Assembly (NCBI RefSeq): GCF_964213995.1
Contig: NC_135812.1
Span: 40,052,001 to 40,116,000 of the forward strand
From: Mustelus asterias
Taxonomy: Eukaryota
Reading direction: 5' to 3'
DNA length: 64,000 nucleotides
The position numbers and the translations under genes are program-made. Positions within the stretch are counted from its first letter, which is position 1. Every line of letters starts with the position of its first letter. The notes below the pieces were generated by a model, which was given only the letters and a program-made list of their open reading frames with translations, was not told the DNA's origin and did not search any database. Shown here piece after piece: positions 52,291-64,000 of the stretch.

Positions 52291-53302
52291 CTAATTCTAA
52301 TTCAGTTAGATTTGGCGCAGCTATGGAAAAGGACAAAGATAGACCAAGAATAAAAATTTTAAATTCGGGAAAGATTAATTTTTCTGGGCTGAAATGGGAT
52401 TTGGCAAAAGTGGACTGAAAGCAGCTACTTCAGTGACAGAATGTAATGAAGCATTTAAGGAGGACATAGAGAGGGTTCAGAACAAATATATTTCCATGAA
52501 GGTAAATAGTGGGACTTCCAAATCTCGATCAACCTCACTATCAAAGAGCATAAAAAGTAAGATATGGCAAAAAGGGAACTCTTATGTCAGATAGAGAAAA
52601 TCTAGATGGATATAGAAAGTGTAGGAGCAAAATTAAAAGGGATATTAGGAAAGCAAAGAGTGGGCATGAAAAATGTATCAGCCTCACATCCCCAGTAAAA
52701 TCAAGGAAAACTCAAATTTCCAGCACTTGCTGAATTCAGGAGATATAGCAGTCACTTTGACCTTACTTCAATCTGCTCTCAGTGAATTCAAAGTTTTCCC
52801 ATTTGGATCGCTCTTGTAATTTATAAGAGTGGATAACTTGGCTTCAATGACAAGTTCAATTACAGTGTTGTTAGCCTCGAACCAGTCAGCAGATTTAAGG
52901 TCTTGCTTTCCATTTATTGAGAGTGCGAAACTGTAGATGGTGTCTCAAAGTATTTTCCATTTTACTTCTACGTTCTGTCTGAGAGTGCCAAAGAGTGTCT
53001 GTTCAACTGAGACATGAATTTGTAGTTTTTTCTGGGTAAGTTAACATTGATACAAGAATGGCATTTCTGCTATGAATGAAAAACTTTGAGGGTTCCATCC
53101 TCACCCTATTGCAGTCAATGCTGTTTAGAAAGTCACACCTGGTGGTGATTGGTGGTGCCAATGCTCTGGTTGAAAAAGTACCAAACTGTTAGTTACGCAA
53201 AATGTGGTAACAGGAAAACTTAAGTAATCTCTGTCCATTCATTATTGCTAGTATCTCATTTGTCATCCACTCTTTGTCTCTTTTCCTTTTCTGTTTTGGT
53301 AA

Positions 53303-53608
53303 TAGAACATAGAACAGTACAGCACAGAACAGGCCCTTCGGCCCACGATGTTGTGCCGAGCTTTATCTGAAACCAAGATCAAGCTATCCCACTCCCTATC
53401 ATCCTGGTGTGCTCCATGTGCCTATCCAATAACCGCTTAAATGTTCCTAAAGTGTCTGACTCCACTATCACTGCAGGCAGTCCATTCCACACCCCAACCA
53501 TTCCTGCGTAAAGAACCTACCTCTGATATCCTTCCTATATCTCCCACCATGAACCCTATAGTTATGCCCTTTTGTAATAGCTCCATCCACCCGAGGAAAT
53601 AGTCTTTG
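53303..53608 (-). mobile_element. Young CR1 3' end, same subfamily as 2703-3622
   Basis: Near-identical reverse complement of about 3318-3622. Confidence 0.92.
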
Positions 53609-53942
53609 ATGAATACTTCTTTTTCAGTATATTTTCTACAGTTCTTAATGTTTTTGCATTTGCTTTCATGCTTCTGTCCATTGCTGTAATAAACAAATTT
53701 TCTCACTCTTCAGCATTTGAAGTTCGAAACAGTCACAAATCTTTTTCTTTTTTGGTATTTTCAGTTTTATCTTAATTTTTGTCACAAGGAGACAATGTCT
53801 GACCATTATATCCTCACTAGGAAATATATGAATTTTCTTTTTTATACGGTTTCAAAAATATTGTTTCACCCATCACATAATCTATTTGATTTCGATACAT
53901 ATTATCTGGACTTCCCCAAGTATCCAGTCTTCCTTTTGTTTG

Positions 53943-54225
53943 CGGACAGGCACAGTGGTTAGCATTGCTGCCTCATAGCGCCAGAGACCTGGGTTTGATT
54001 CCTGGCTTGGGTTACTGCACATTCTCCCTGTGTCTGCATGGGTTTCTTCCGGGTGTTCCGGTTTCCTCCCACGATCTGAAAGATGTGCTGGTTAGGTGCA
54101 CTGGCCATTCTAAATTCTCCTGCAGAGTACCCGAACAGGCGCCGGAGTATGGTGACTCGGGGATTTTCACAGTAACTTCATTGCAATGTTAATGTAAGCC
54201 TGCTTGTGACTAATAAATAAACTTT
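53943..54225 (+). mobile_element. tRNA-head SINE with a different 3' tail (AATAAATAAA end)
   Basis: HE1-like head, tail GTAACTTCATTGCAATGTTAATGTAAGCC. Confidence 0.75.
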
Positions 54226-56585
54226 GAAGTGTTGACACCATCAGATCAGTTTCTTGACAGACTTGCAACAGTCTTTCTACTTCCATTTCTTGACATAAGA
54301 GCATCGCGACCAATGTGTTCCTGAAGTTCCTTCATGTTCAAGTCGTACATTACAATTAGCACATGAGTTGATTTGACTTTATCATAACACTCCTTAATGT
54401 CACCATAGAATATGCCTCTTTTTCTTGTTCACTATGATCTTTTGCTGGGGCATAAACTTGCATCACAACCAGATCAAAGATTTTCCATTGATCATGATCA
54501 CTCATTCTTAGGTTGGTCAGTAATCTTTGAACTGACCTCTTGGAGCTTTAGTTTACTAGAATTCCTATGCTTTTCACCTCTCAAGAAACACATAATACTT
54601 CTCTGTTTGACCAGATTCTAACCACCTTGCTTCTGCAAGTCCTAGTCTATCCATTATCTGTCTGCAATTATCAAACTTTCCACCTGATATAAAATCCTTA
54701 TATTTCTTGTTCTAATTCTCAAGAAGCTACTTCCTCCATTGAGAGCGATGGTCTCAAAAGCTGACGTTTCTAATGAGTTTAAGTCAACTTCATTACAAAT
54801 TTATTGTTTACTTTGTTGAGCAAGCATATCTCATTCCATGCCACTATTTAGAACAAAATTGGCTGCAGGGGGCATAACTTTTCCTGTATCTCCTATACTT
54901 CAGCTATGACTTTCCTTGATTAACTAGGATTTATACTGTGTGAGGTCCCAGACCCTTCACACGTGACTGGCCACTTGCCTTACTCAGTATCATGTCACAC
55001 CTTGCTGATCTCTGACTCTGAGCTATTGTCCTACAAACTTGTTAGGATCTTCTGCCTCATCTGCTATTTCCGGTCTTCATGCACTTGGAAGGAGTGACAT
55101 CCCCACTGCAAACTGCTGAAGCTGATGGGCCCCTCATTTAACTTTGCACAACTTCTGTGTCAAGGTCCTGGAGTATGGCTGGATTGTGAAATTGGAGAGT
55201 TGTAGGACACAGGTTACCCCTACCCACACCCACACTTCGATTGAATAGAGGAAGATTATTTCTTTTGGTTATGGAGTTAGTAATAAAGGGTCATCAATTT
55301 AATTTCACCATTAAGAGAATGAGGAGATTGAGAGAAATGTATTTGCACAGAGGATCATTGGAACCTTGCCACAGAAATTTACAGCAGCAAAGACCACGGC
55401 ATCTTTTAAGGTAAAATTCAGTAAATAATTGAAGCAAAGGAAGATATAAAGCAAAGCGTTATGCTGCCCAGGCAGGTGCACACTCAGCCCAGAAGCACAT
55501 GAAATTGGGCAATAAGATGTTGGGCATGTATTTCGGATGGCAAGCATAAACACGAACTGGATGTATGACTGCTGACAATTAGTGGATTAGAAGTGCTATT
55601 AACCAGAATATTATGTGGTACACATGATTTTTATGTCAGTGCATGGGCAACACATGCAGGCAGCCAATCCGTTGTTATTGTTTTGTCATCCAAGGATGGG
55701 ATAAATGAGGCAGAAGCAAATACAAGCTGAGTTGGTAGGAGGTACTTGGAGTTTGGTGAGGGTTTAGTTTGCAGTGTTGTGAGTGTTTTCACTGCTTTCT
55801 TTGGAGGTTTCTGCATCTCGTCTGGAGCTTTCAGGACATTTCGTGAAATATGACATCTGACAATTGTGACCCTCGTCATCGATTGTACATGGGTCAACCT
55901 CATTTGAATCTCTGAAGATGGGTACAGTTTTCTCAGCAAGGAGTGCCTCCTCTGAGGAGGAAGACAGGGGACAAGAGAGAGGAGACCAGGTTGTCACAGG
56001 CATCACCTCAGACCAGAGGTACAGGCATAGGGTGCTCATGGCCTGTAGGGAGGGCAAGGAGGACATCCCCGTAGAAGATGCCACTATTGAGCTGCCATGG
56101 TGTAAAGTCAGCGATCCAAGTCCCTTGACATGAGAGAGGTCCAGTGCCGCAGGAAACTCCAGCTTTAGAGGAAAGCTGTTACGTCCATGTGCCAGAGGAT
56201 TTGTCCGGAGGTAGCCTCCAATTGTGTGAGAGGGCACCCAATGCCCGTGGCTCTCAAGGTCCCTGTTGCACTTAACTTTTATGCCCCTGCATCTTTACAG
56301 GGGTCAGTGGGTGATCTTTGCGGAGTCTCCAAGTCAATCGCACACAGTCATATCAAGCTGGTTACTGACGCTCTGTTCATATGGGTGAGAATATTCATAC
56401 ATTTCAGGACAGATTAAGTCAGTCAGGCTGAGCGAGCCAGAGGCTTTGCTGCAATTGCAGGGTTCCCCCGCATCTAGGGTGCCATTGATTGCACCTCTTT
56501 GGCCATCAAGGCATCAGCCAGGTGGCTTTGTCTATAGGAAGGGGTTTCACTCCATGAACATTCAAATAACTTGCCCACAGGACAT

Positions 56586-58022
56586 ATGTGGTCCCTATAT
56601 TCAAGAAAGGGAACAGGGACAGCCCGGGAAATTACCGACCGGTGAGTCTAACCTCAGTGGTTGGTAAGTTGATGGAGAGGATCCTGAGAGACAGGATTTA
56701 TGATCATCTAGAGAAGTTTAGTATGATCAAAAGTAGTCAGCACGGCTTTCTCAAGGGCAGGCCGTGCCTTACGAGCCTGGTTGAGTTCTTTGAAAATGTG
56801 ACCAAACACATTGACGAAGGAAGAGCGGTGGATGTGGTCTATATGGACTTCAGCAAGGCGTTCGATAAGGTCCCCCATGCAAGACTTCTTGAGAAAGTGA
56901 GAGGGCATGGGATCCAAGGGGCTGTTGCCTTGTGGATCCAGAACTGGCTTGCCTGCAGAAGGCAGAGAGTGGCTGTGGAGGGGTCTTTCTCTGCATGGAG
57001 GTCAGTGACCAGTGGAGTGCCCCAGGGATCTGTTCTGGGACCCTTGCTGTTTGTCATTTTCATAAATGACCTGGATGAGGAAGTGGAGGGATGGGTTGGT
57101 AAGTTTGCTGACGACACCAAGGTAGGTGGTGTTGTGGATAGTTTGGAGGGATGTCAGAAGTTGCAGCGAGACATAGATAGAATGCAAGACTGGGCGGAGA
57201 AGTGGCAGATGGACTTCAACCCGGATAAGTGTGTGGTGATCCATTTTGGCAGATCCAATGGGATGAAGCAGCAGTATAATATGAAGGGTACCATTCTTAG
57301 CAGTGTAGAGGATCAGAAGGACCTTGGGGTCCGGGTCCATAGGACTCTTAAATCGGCCTCGCAGGTGGAGGATGCGGTCAAGAAGGCGTACGGCGTACTG
57401 GCCTTCATTAATCGAGGGATTGAGTTTAGGAGTCGGGAGATAATGCTGCAGCTTTATAGGACCCTGGTTAGACCCCACTTGGAGTACTGCGCGCAGTTCT
57501 GGTCACCTCATTACAGGAAAGATGTTGAAGCCATTGAAAGGGTGCAGAGGAGATTTACAAGGATGTTGCCTGGATTGGGGGGCATGCCTTATGAGGATAG
57601 GTTGAGGGAGCTTGGTCTCTTCTCCCTGGAGAGACGAAGGATGAGAGGTGACCTGATAGAGGTTTACAAGATGTTGAGAGGTCTGGATAGGGTAGACTCT
57701 CAGAGGCTATTTCCAAGGGCTGAAATGGTTGCTACGAGAGGACACAGGTTTAAGGTGCTGGGGGGTAGGTACAGAGGAGATGTCAGGGGTAAGTTTTTCA
57801 CTCAGAGGGTGGTGGGTGAGTGGAATCGGCTGACGTCGGTGGTGGTGGAGGCAAACTCGTTGGGGTCTTTTAAGAGACTTCTGGATGAGTACATGGGATT
57901 TAATGGGATTGAGGGCTATAGATAGGACTAGAGGTGGGGATGTGATCGGCGCAACTTGTGGGCCGAAGGGCCTGTTTGTGCTGTGGCTTTCTATGTTCTA
58001 TGTTCCATGTTCTATGTTCTAT
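56586..58022 (+). mobile_element. 5'-truncated CR1 LINE with an uninterrupted 445-aa RT frame
   Basis: ORF 56588-57925; TTCTATG repeat tail. Confidence 0.96.
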
Positions 58023-58239
58023 ATATTCTACAAGTCTGTGCAAGCTACCCTGGCAGCTCCCATGATGCCTAAATACTACGCCACTCACAAGTGCCAAACT
58101 CTTCACATTTTCAGCTCACCTCAACAGATGGTTATTTGGTGACAAGGGGCATCCCTTGAAAAGGTGACTGTTGATGTCTCTCAGGCACCTGACAATGGAA
58201 GCAGAGGAGATTCATTGATTCCCTCCAGTACAAACGATG

Positions 58240-58568
58240 CCATTTGGCCCCTCAAGTCTGCACTGACTCTCTGACCAAGTATCTTACTCAGACCCTCTCC
58301 CCCACCCTATTCCTGTAACAGTACACATTTATCATGCTAATCCATCTAACCTACATACCTTTAGACATTAGGGGTAATTTAGCATGGCCAATCCACCTAA
58401 CCTGCACATCTTTGGACTGTGGGAGGAAACCGGAGAACCTGGAGGAAACCCAAGCAGACACGGAGGGAATGTGCAAACTCCACATTGACAGTCACCCAGG
58501 GCTGGAATTGAATTCAGGTCCCTGGATCTGTGAGGTAGAAATGCTAACCATTGTGCCACTGTGTCACC
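58240..58568 (-). mobile_element. HE1-like SINE
   Basis: Reverse-oriented SINE head and body. Confidence 0.8.
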
Positions 58569-59159
58569 CGATTGCTGCCATGCTTCCAAAAAGCAGTGGT
58601 GGGGAGGGCTTTAGATCTGCTGGAAATGCGGTTCTGATGCCTGGACGGCTACAAGGGTGCCCTAAAATATCTGCCCAAGAAGTATCGTTCATTGTCGTTG
58701 TCTGCTGTGCTCTGCTTAATTTTGCTGTCTCTAAGGGGGATCCACTGAACCAGAAGGACATAGAGGCTGTGCACTCGCCTCAGAGGAGAAATCCAATGCA
58801 GACTCAGATGCAGAGTCCGGGCTGGCAGATGGCGAGGATGAAGAGGCAGAAATGAAGAACCTTCAGGGAGACAGGAACATCAGGAAAGTATTGAGAGAGC
58901 ATTCCTTCAGCTAGTCTTCCAAGACTTGCCTTCCATCTGAGACCAAGGGCACTGTCTCCTTACCAGGCATCTCATGCATAACAATACCATGAGCCCAATG
59001 TCGCATCACTACCTTAGTAATAAAGTTTGCTGCCCCAGACATCTTTCACGAGGTACTGATGAGGCACTCATTGAAGATACAAGACACTAGGCGTGGGCAA
59101 GTAATTTCTCTTTATGACATTGAAGTGAAAATAACAGAGAACTTCCACAAAGAAGTGAT

Positions 59160-60960
59160 TCAATTACATGTGATACTTACAAACAAAATATGCCACTAGT
59201 GCAAATCCATTGCTGTGCTCACTGTGTCTTAAGCTTACATTTCCGGGTGCTACGTCTCCTGCATCTCTTGGCCCCAACAGTGGTCCTCTGACCGGCAGGG
59301 CCTGAGTCAGCTCTGCTGAAGGTGCACTCAGTGACATGGCTGGGCAGTCCTCAGTTGCTTTGGACTCTAAAGATGGCACAGTGACTGGCAGAGAGGCAGA
59401 GGAGCTGCTGCCATTGTCTAGGGTGCCGTGAGAGGAGCCCACAGAAACAACAAGCAACTCATCCACAAATGTGAGCTGTGCCTGCACTCCCCTGCTCACT
59501 ACGGATGGATGGGCAATCACCTAAGAGACTGGGTGCCACATCCTGCTCCTACACTGGCAGTGACCTTCTGAGGTCATTGCCTGTGTAAGCGCTTGCAGGT
59601 CTGAATGCAACCCCAAGAACCCCTCATTATGTCCCTGGAGCTGCCTCTCCATGAGAGTCTCCAGTCTGTCAATGGATGAGGCTGTGCACTCGTAGCTCAG
59701 GATCAACACAGCATTCATACTTTACAAGCACTTCTCCATGACAAAGATCATGGCACAAAGACCCTCAGAGTTCTTCGCCAGACCTCCCCGCATATCCCAC
59801 TGGACATCCAGCATTTGCCGCCTAATCAATGACTCCAGAGGCTCATCATCTGCCTCTGGTCCTAGTCTCCAGGAGTCCCCAACTGCTGATGCCCTTGGCA
59901 CTGTCTGCCTCCACCATCTGCTCAAGTAAGCATGATGTGTTCTTATCTCTGTGCACTACTAACTGAGCTGTTGCCTGCCGATGTGTCAGTATCTGTGCTG
60001 GTGCTTGGTGCTGAGAGAGGATGTGCTTTGCGTATATCTTCCATTGGTGCCCGCTCTGGTGTCAATGGAGGGTCATCAGCCTCCTGGCTGGTTCTGGTGG
60101 ATGCTCATCTAAGGGATGAAAACAATCGGTCAGTACTATTTGTCATATCACACAGAATCAATGTCCATGATATACAGCCCAGTGTGAGTGATATCAATGG
60201 TATCATAGTGGCCTAGTGATTGGTGCATCACTGAAGTCCTTAAGAGGGATGAGACATCACCCGTTCTTTTCACTTTCTACCTTTCTCGCTTTGGCCCACT
60301 GGGCTCTTACCTTCCTCGAAGACATCAGAGTTTCCTCAACCTGAGGGCCTCCCTCCTCACTCACACTCGAGCTCCAGGACTCATGGCTGGTAAAGATTTT
60401 CAGGTTACTCACCAGTGGTAGAACTGTCAGTGTTGTTATGGCTACATTTCTCCTGGGGGTAAGATCAGAGCTCCATTGAGTACTCAACTTTTCCATGCTG
60501 TACCCAACCCCCCTTCAGACCGGTAAGGCATGTGGACATTCCCAACCCCTTTGCACACCTGACCCTTTGATGGATCCAAGACTTCAGATCTTCTTTCCAG
60601 CCTTAACACTCATGGGCAGAAGTGTGTTCTGAGCCTCCCTGAATCCTACACCTTTGAGCGGAACTAGGGGTGGACACACTTCTCAGTTCCCCACACTATA
60701 CAGTGCCCACTCAGCACTCTCACTTGCTGAGCGCAGAAGATCATTGAACCTTTTCTGACTGTATCCACGTGCATCGGACCAGGTCATGCCCACTGACCTC
60801 AGGTGCCAGCTCTGTTCAGGCCTTCTTGGTGAGTTGGAATGGCCTCCTCCTACCCGTGGCATGAGGATGTCACTGCTGGCTGACACCACTTCTACAAGGG
60901 CTCTCAGGAGCTACTCAGAAAACTGGGGGACTTGTTGCCCCACCTGAAATGCTCTCCCAC
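59160..60960 (-). pseudogene. Harbinger Myb/SANT-like DNA-binding partner gene relic, convergent with the transposase
   Basis: PQFSE*LLRALVEVV..SQKRFNDLLRSA (ORF 60683-60889); coiled-coil-like SIDRLETLMERQL. Confidence 0.75.
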
Positions 60961-61379
60961 CTGCAGTGTCTTCCTGGTGCTACTATTGCCATGATGTGGA
61001 TCTCCCTCTGCCTCCCCCGTTGTCTTCAGTGGCCACTCTTAGCAGCCTTTAAACTTTGCTCCAGGCTGCCACTGGACCCGTTGCCTACCATACTTCTACC
61101 CTGCTGGCTATGCTGATCCTATCTGGACGCATTTCACACTGTCTACCACTTAAGTGGCCCACCAATGTAATACTGCAATCATTAATTGATCACTTGCGGG
61201 GCCAAGAAATGTGGATGCTTCCAGTCCTTGCACATAAAATTCTGGTCACAGAGTAGTGGAGATGACAGTGGAATTAATTTTGGATTGCTCTGGCAAAGGG
61301 CTGGTACAAAAAAATCTTTGAATGGCCTCCTTCACAGAATATGTGTTCCCTCTATACTGTAAACTGATATGGTTCTAAG

Positions 61380-61690
61380 AGACACAAACAAATCAGCAAG
61401 TTTCACTTAAGAGATAATGAGTTGTCATTAGTTGCTGCTTATTTTAAAAATCAAGATGATATTAAGTCATTAGGATTGTGATCTATCAACATATTTCAGA
61501 CATGACAGATACATCTTCATGTCCTACATACTTGATGCCATGAGTCTGAAAGGCATAAATACTTAATGTTATCATGAATGATGATGTAATTGTCTTTAAA
61601 AGCTCTGGAATATTTGCTATGTATAAACTACTAATAGCAATGACATCATACTGTTGATATTGTTGAATGTACATTGTTCTAATTATAAAA
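61380..61690 (+). pseudogene. Possible N-terminal fragment of a second viral L gene
   Basis: ILNVIMNDDVIVFKSSGIFAMYKLLIAM (frameshift) TVDIVECTL, resembling paramyxovirus L ..ISRDLVAI..LVLMYCDVIEGRL (recalled sequence). Confidence 0.25.
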
Positions 61691-62089
61691 TCAATGGTTG
61701 TGGTTGTTGGAGTCCAGTCATCACAGCCTCAGACCATCAATGCACGAGTTTCTTAGGGAAGTAGCTCCAGCTCAATTATCTTGTTACTTCATCAATGACC
61801 TTCTCTTCACCATACAATCTGGATTATTTCTTTGTGTTGACATTTCCATATTGTTGAATCGAATTTGTCTCCTTTAATAACAAAGAAATAGTTGCCAGCC
61901 TGTTACCCAGATCTAGCTAACATGAAGGGAAGGATTTTTCATTTGAGGTTGGGATCCTGGGATTGGTATCATTTCTGTGTTTGAGCACTGCTCTGAGGGA
62001 GGAGCAGTCATTGATTTTCATTTGGTGCTAGTAGCCATCTATTCAAGGGATATCCCATGTCCCCTAGCAGCCATCCACTAAATTTTGGT

Positions 62090-62760
62090 GGTGACTTGAA
62101 GAACAGTCGCACCCTTCACTGCTGGAAGATGAAGATAATACAGCAACTGTTTCGATAGCAAGCAATCACATGCAAAAAACATTTGTTATGATCACATACC
62201 AACTGAACATTAAGGGTGTGGAAGCCTTTCTATTGATGAATCTCATTGGCTGCTCACTGGGTTCCTTGATGGCTACATGGGTGCAATTGATCATGCCCTG
62301 TACCTGCTGGATTGCAGTTATAGAGGTGAATCCCAATATCCTCTGTAGGTGCGAGACCCCTTGAAATTGTATGCACCACATAGTTTTTGTAAAGAGGGCA
62401 TCAGTAACCTATGCAAAGAAATGATGAGCTGCCATTTGAAGTATGCCACTGATGTCCACTGCTGATTTTTGGAATGAGCCAGAGGTGAAGAAGTTCAAGA
62501 AAGCAGTGACTTTAACAACTATTGTTACAGCATGGCAAGCAGTACTGCAGTGCCTGATGTCTTCCTCAACAAGGGCACAAATCTCAGTAAGCATTTGCCT
62601 AAATAGACACATTCTCCTGCAGTATTGATTCTCTGAAATCTCCAGATAGCTTATTCTTTGACAATATACTCAATGCTGATTATATGCATTTGTTGCCTTC
62701 CTACCCCTTGTCCCTCGCTTCTACCCATCTCACGCATTTGCTCCGATGGATGTTGATCCT
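62090..62760 (-). pseudogene. Second Harbinger transposase fragment
   Basis: VKVTAFLNFFTSGSFQKSAVDISGI and VQGMINCTHVAIK..FINRK. Confidence 0.85.
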
Positions 62761-62809
62761 CATCCTTACTCCTATTGCCAAATATCTTAACTCCATGTCC
62801 AGCTGTTAC

Positions 62810-63245
62810 TTTGCTAATGGGCAAAAGCATTATGATTAAATTAAAAGAAGAGGCTTGCAGTAATGCAGAAAACAGAAACAAGTCTGAGAATTGGGAATTT
62901 TAGAAATCAGCAAAGGACAATCAAAAAATTGATATAAAGGCATAAAATAGAATATTAAAGTAAACTGGCCAATAATATAAAAACAGATTGTAAGTGCTTG
63001 TATAAGAAAATAAAAAGCAACAGAGTAGCTAAAGTAAATGTTGGTCCCTAAGAAGCAGAGACAGAATAAATTATCATGGAAAATGAGGAAATGGCAGAGG
63101 CATTGAATAAATATTTTATGTTTGTGTTCACAGTTGAAGACACAAGTTTCATTCCAGAAATAGCTGGTGAACAAGGGACAAAATAGAGTGAAGGAATTAA
63201 GGAAATTAATATCAATGGAGAAAAAGTAATGAAGAAACCAAGAGT
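62810..63245 (+). mobile_element. Degraded CR1 fragment
   Basis: KVNVGP and EEMAEALNKYF linker region. Confidence 0.7.
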
Positions 63246-63248
63246 CAT

Positions 63249-64000
63249 GGGGCCCTAGTTTACCATTTTAATTTTAAGAGCTGGGCGGACTTGAAACTGG
63301 GAGTGTTTCAGGTCTGACTTTTAGACCCGTTCTCAGGCGCCCCCATACGCACCGCCTGAAAAATAGCAACAATTCCGAATCACGCTGGAGAAACCTGTGG
63401 GCGGGGCTTATTGCACCCAAAACACTGGAGCTCAATTTGGAGCCTTCAACTGCGCAAGCGCAGTAAAAAGAAAGAAAAACGCTCCCCTGCCACATTGCTC
63501 CCGAGCTGGATAATGCCTCCCCTGGCCCCCACAGACATTGCCCCATTCCCACAACATTACTGACCCCTTTATCCTCCCCAACACCCCGCTACCCAGACCG
63601 ATAGTGGCCCCCTGCCCCCGCTCCCCCCCACCAATCACATGCAGAGTGGAAGCGGACCCCCCTTCCCCCCACCAATCACACGCAGAGTGGCAGCAGACCA
63701 CCTTCCTCCCCACCAATCACACACAGAGTGGCAGTGGACACCCCCCACCAAAGAGCCATCTGACCCCCCTCCTTCCTCCCACACCAGAGAGCCCTGACCC
63801 ACCTCCCTCCCCCCCAACCAGAGAGCCATCTGACCCGCCTCCCTCCAGCCCCTCACCTCCCACTGTTTCTTCAAAATGCAGCTAATGAAAATACAACAAA
63901 ACTTACTCCAACTTATAAATCAAAGAAAAGGTTTAATAAAGAAACATCATTATTCCAAACTTGCCCTGGGCTACTCCAAGCTCTCCACGATTCTACATAG
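63249..64000. mobile_element. MITE of the 48283 family; runs off the window end
   Basis: GGGCCCTAGTTTACCATT start and shared body, including C-rich internal repeats. Confidence 0.75.

Larger units (their letters stand above)
52720..55150 (-). mobile_element. Degraded RTE-clade LINE fragments (AP endonuclease and downstream region)
   Basis: DLVVMQVYAPAKDHSEQEKEA, LIVMYDLN, RNQIDYVM and DWFEANN segments. Confidence 0.75.
55890..58915 (+). pseudogene. Harbinger (HARBI1-like) DDE transposase relic, split by a CR1 and a SINE
   Basis: MPVALKVPVALNFYA..GDLCGVS, GAIDCT, YRKGFHSMNIQ, YPGSSHDA, GDKG, IVVVCCALLNFA. Confidence 0.88.

Overview
Eukaryotic, repeat-dense DNA, most likely from a cartilaginous fish (shark): it carries HE1-type tRNA SINEs, many CR1 LINEs, Rex1, RTE and Penelope relics, Harbinger relics and MITEs, and Ty3/Gypsy LTR elements. 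I see no intact host gene. Two near-complete Gypsy elements (8421-13130 on +, 22769-27508 on -) both have a YLDN reverse transcriptase motif and, instead of a tRNA primer-binding site, a sequence complementary to their own LTR poly(A) region, with the pairing maintained by co-varying changes. The main candidate discovery is in the non-repeat DNA between the transposons. Read by eye on the + strand, it looks like heavily decayed, intronless genes of a non-segmented negative-strand RNA virus (Mononegavirales, paramyxo/pneumo-like): L capping, connector and methyltransferase motifs in the correct order and spacing (about 4.4-20 kb), then N-like (about 30 kb), unassigned (33.6-37.2 kb), F-like (about 40 kb) and L N-terminus-like (about 61.5 kb) pieces. 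These viral calls come from manual translation across stops and frameshifts and need a profile search to confirm. Boundaries of decayed elements are approximate.
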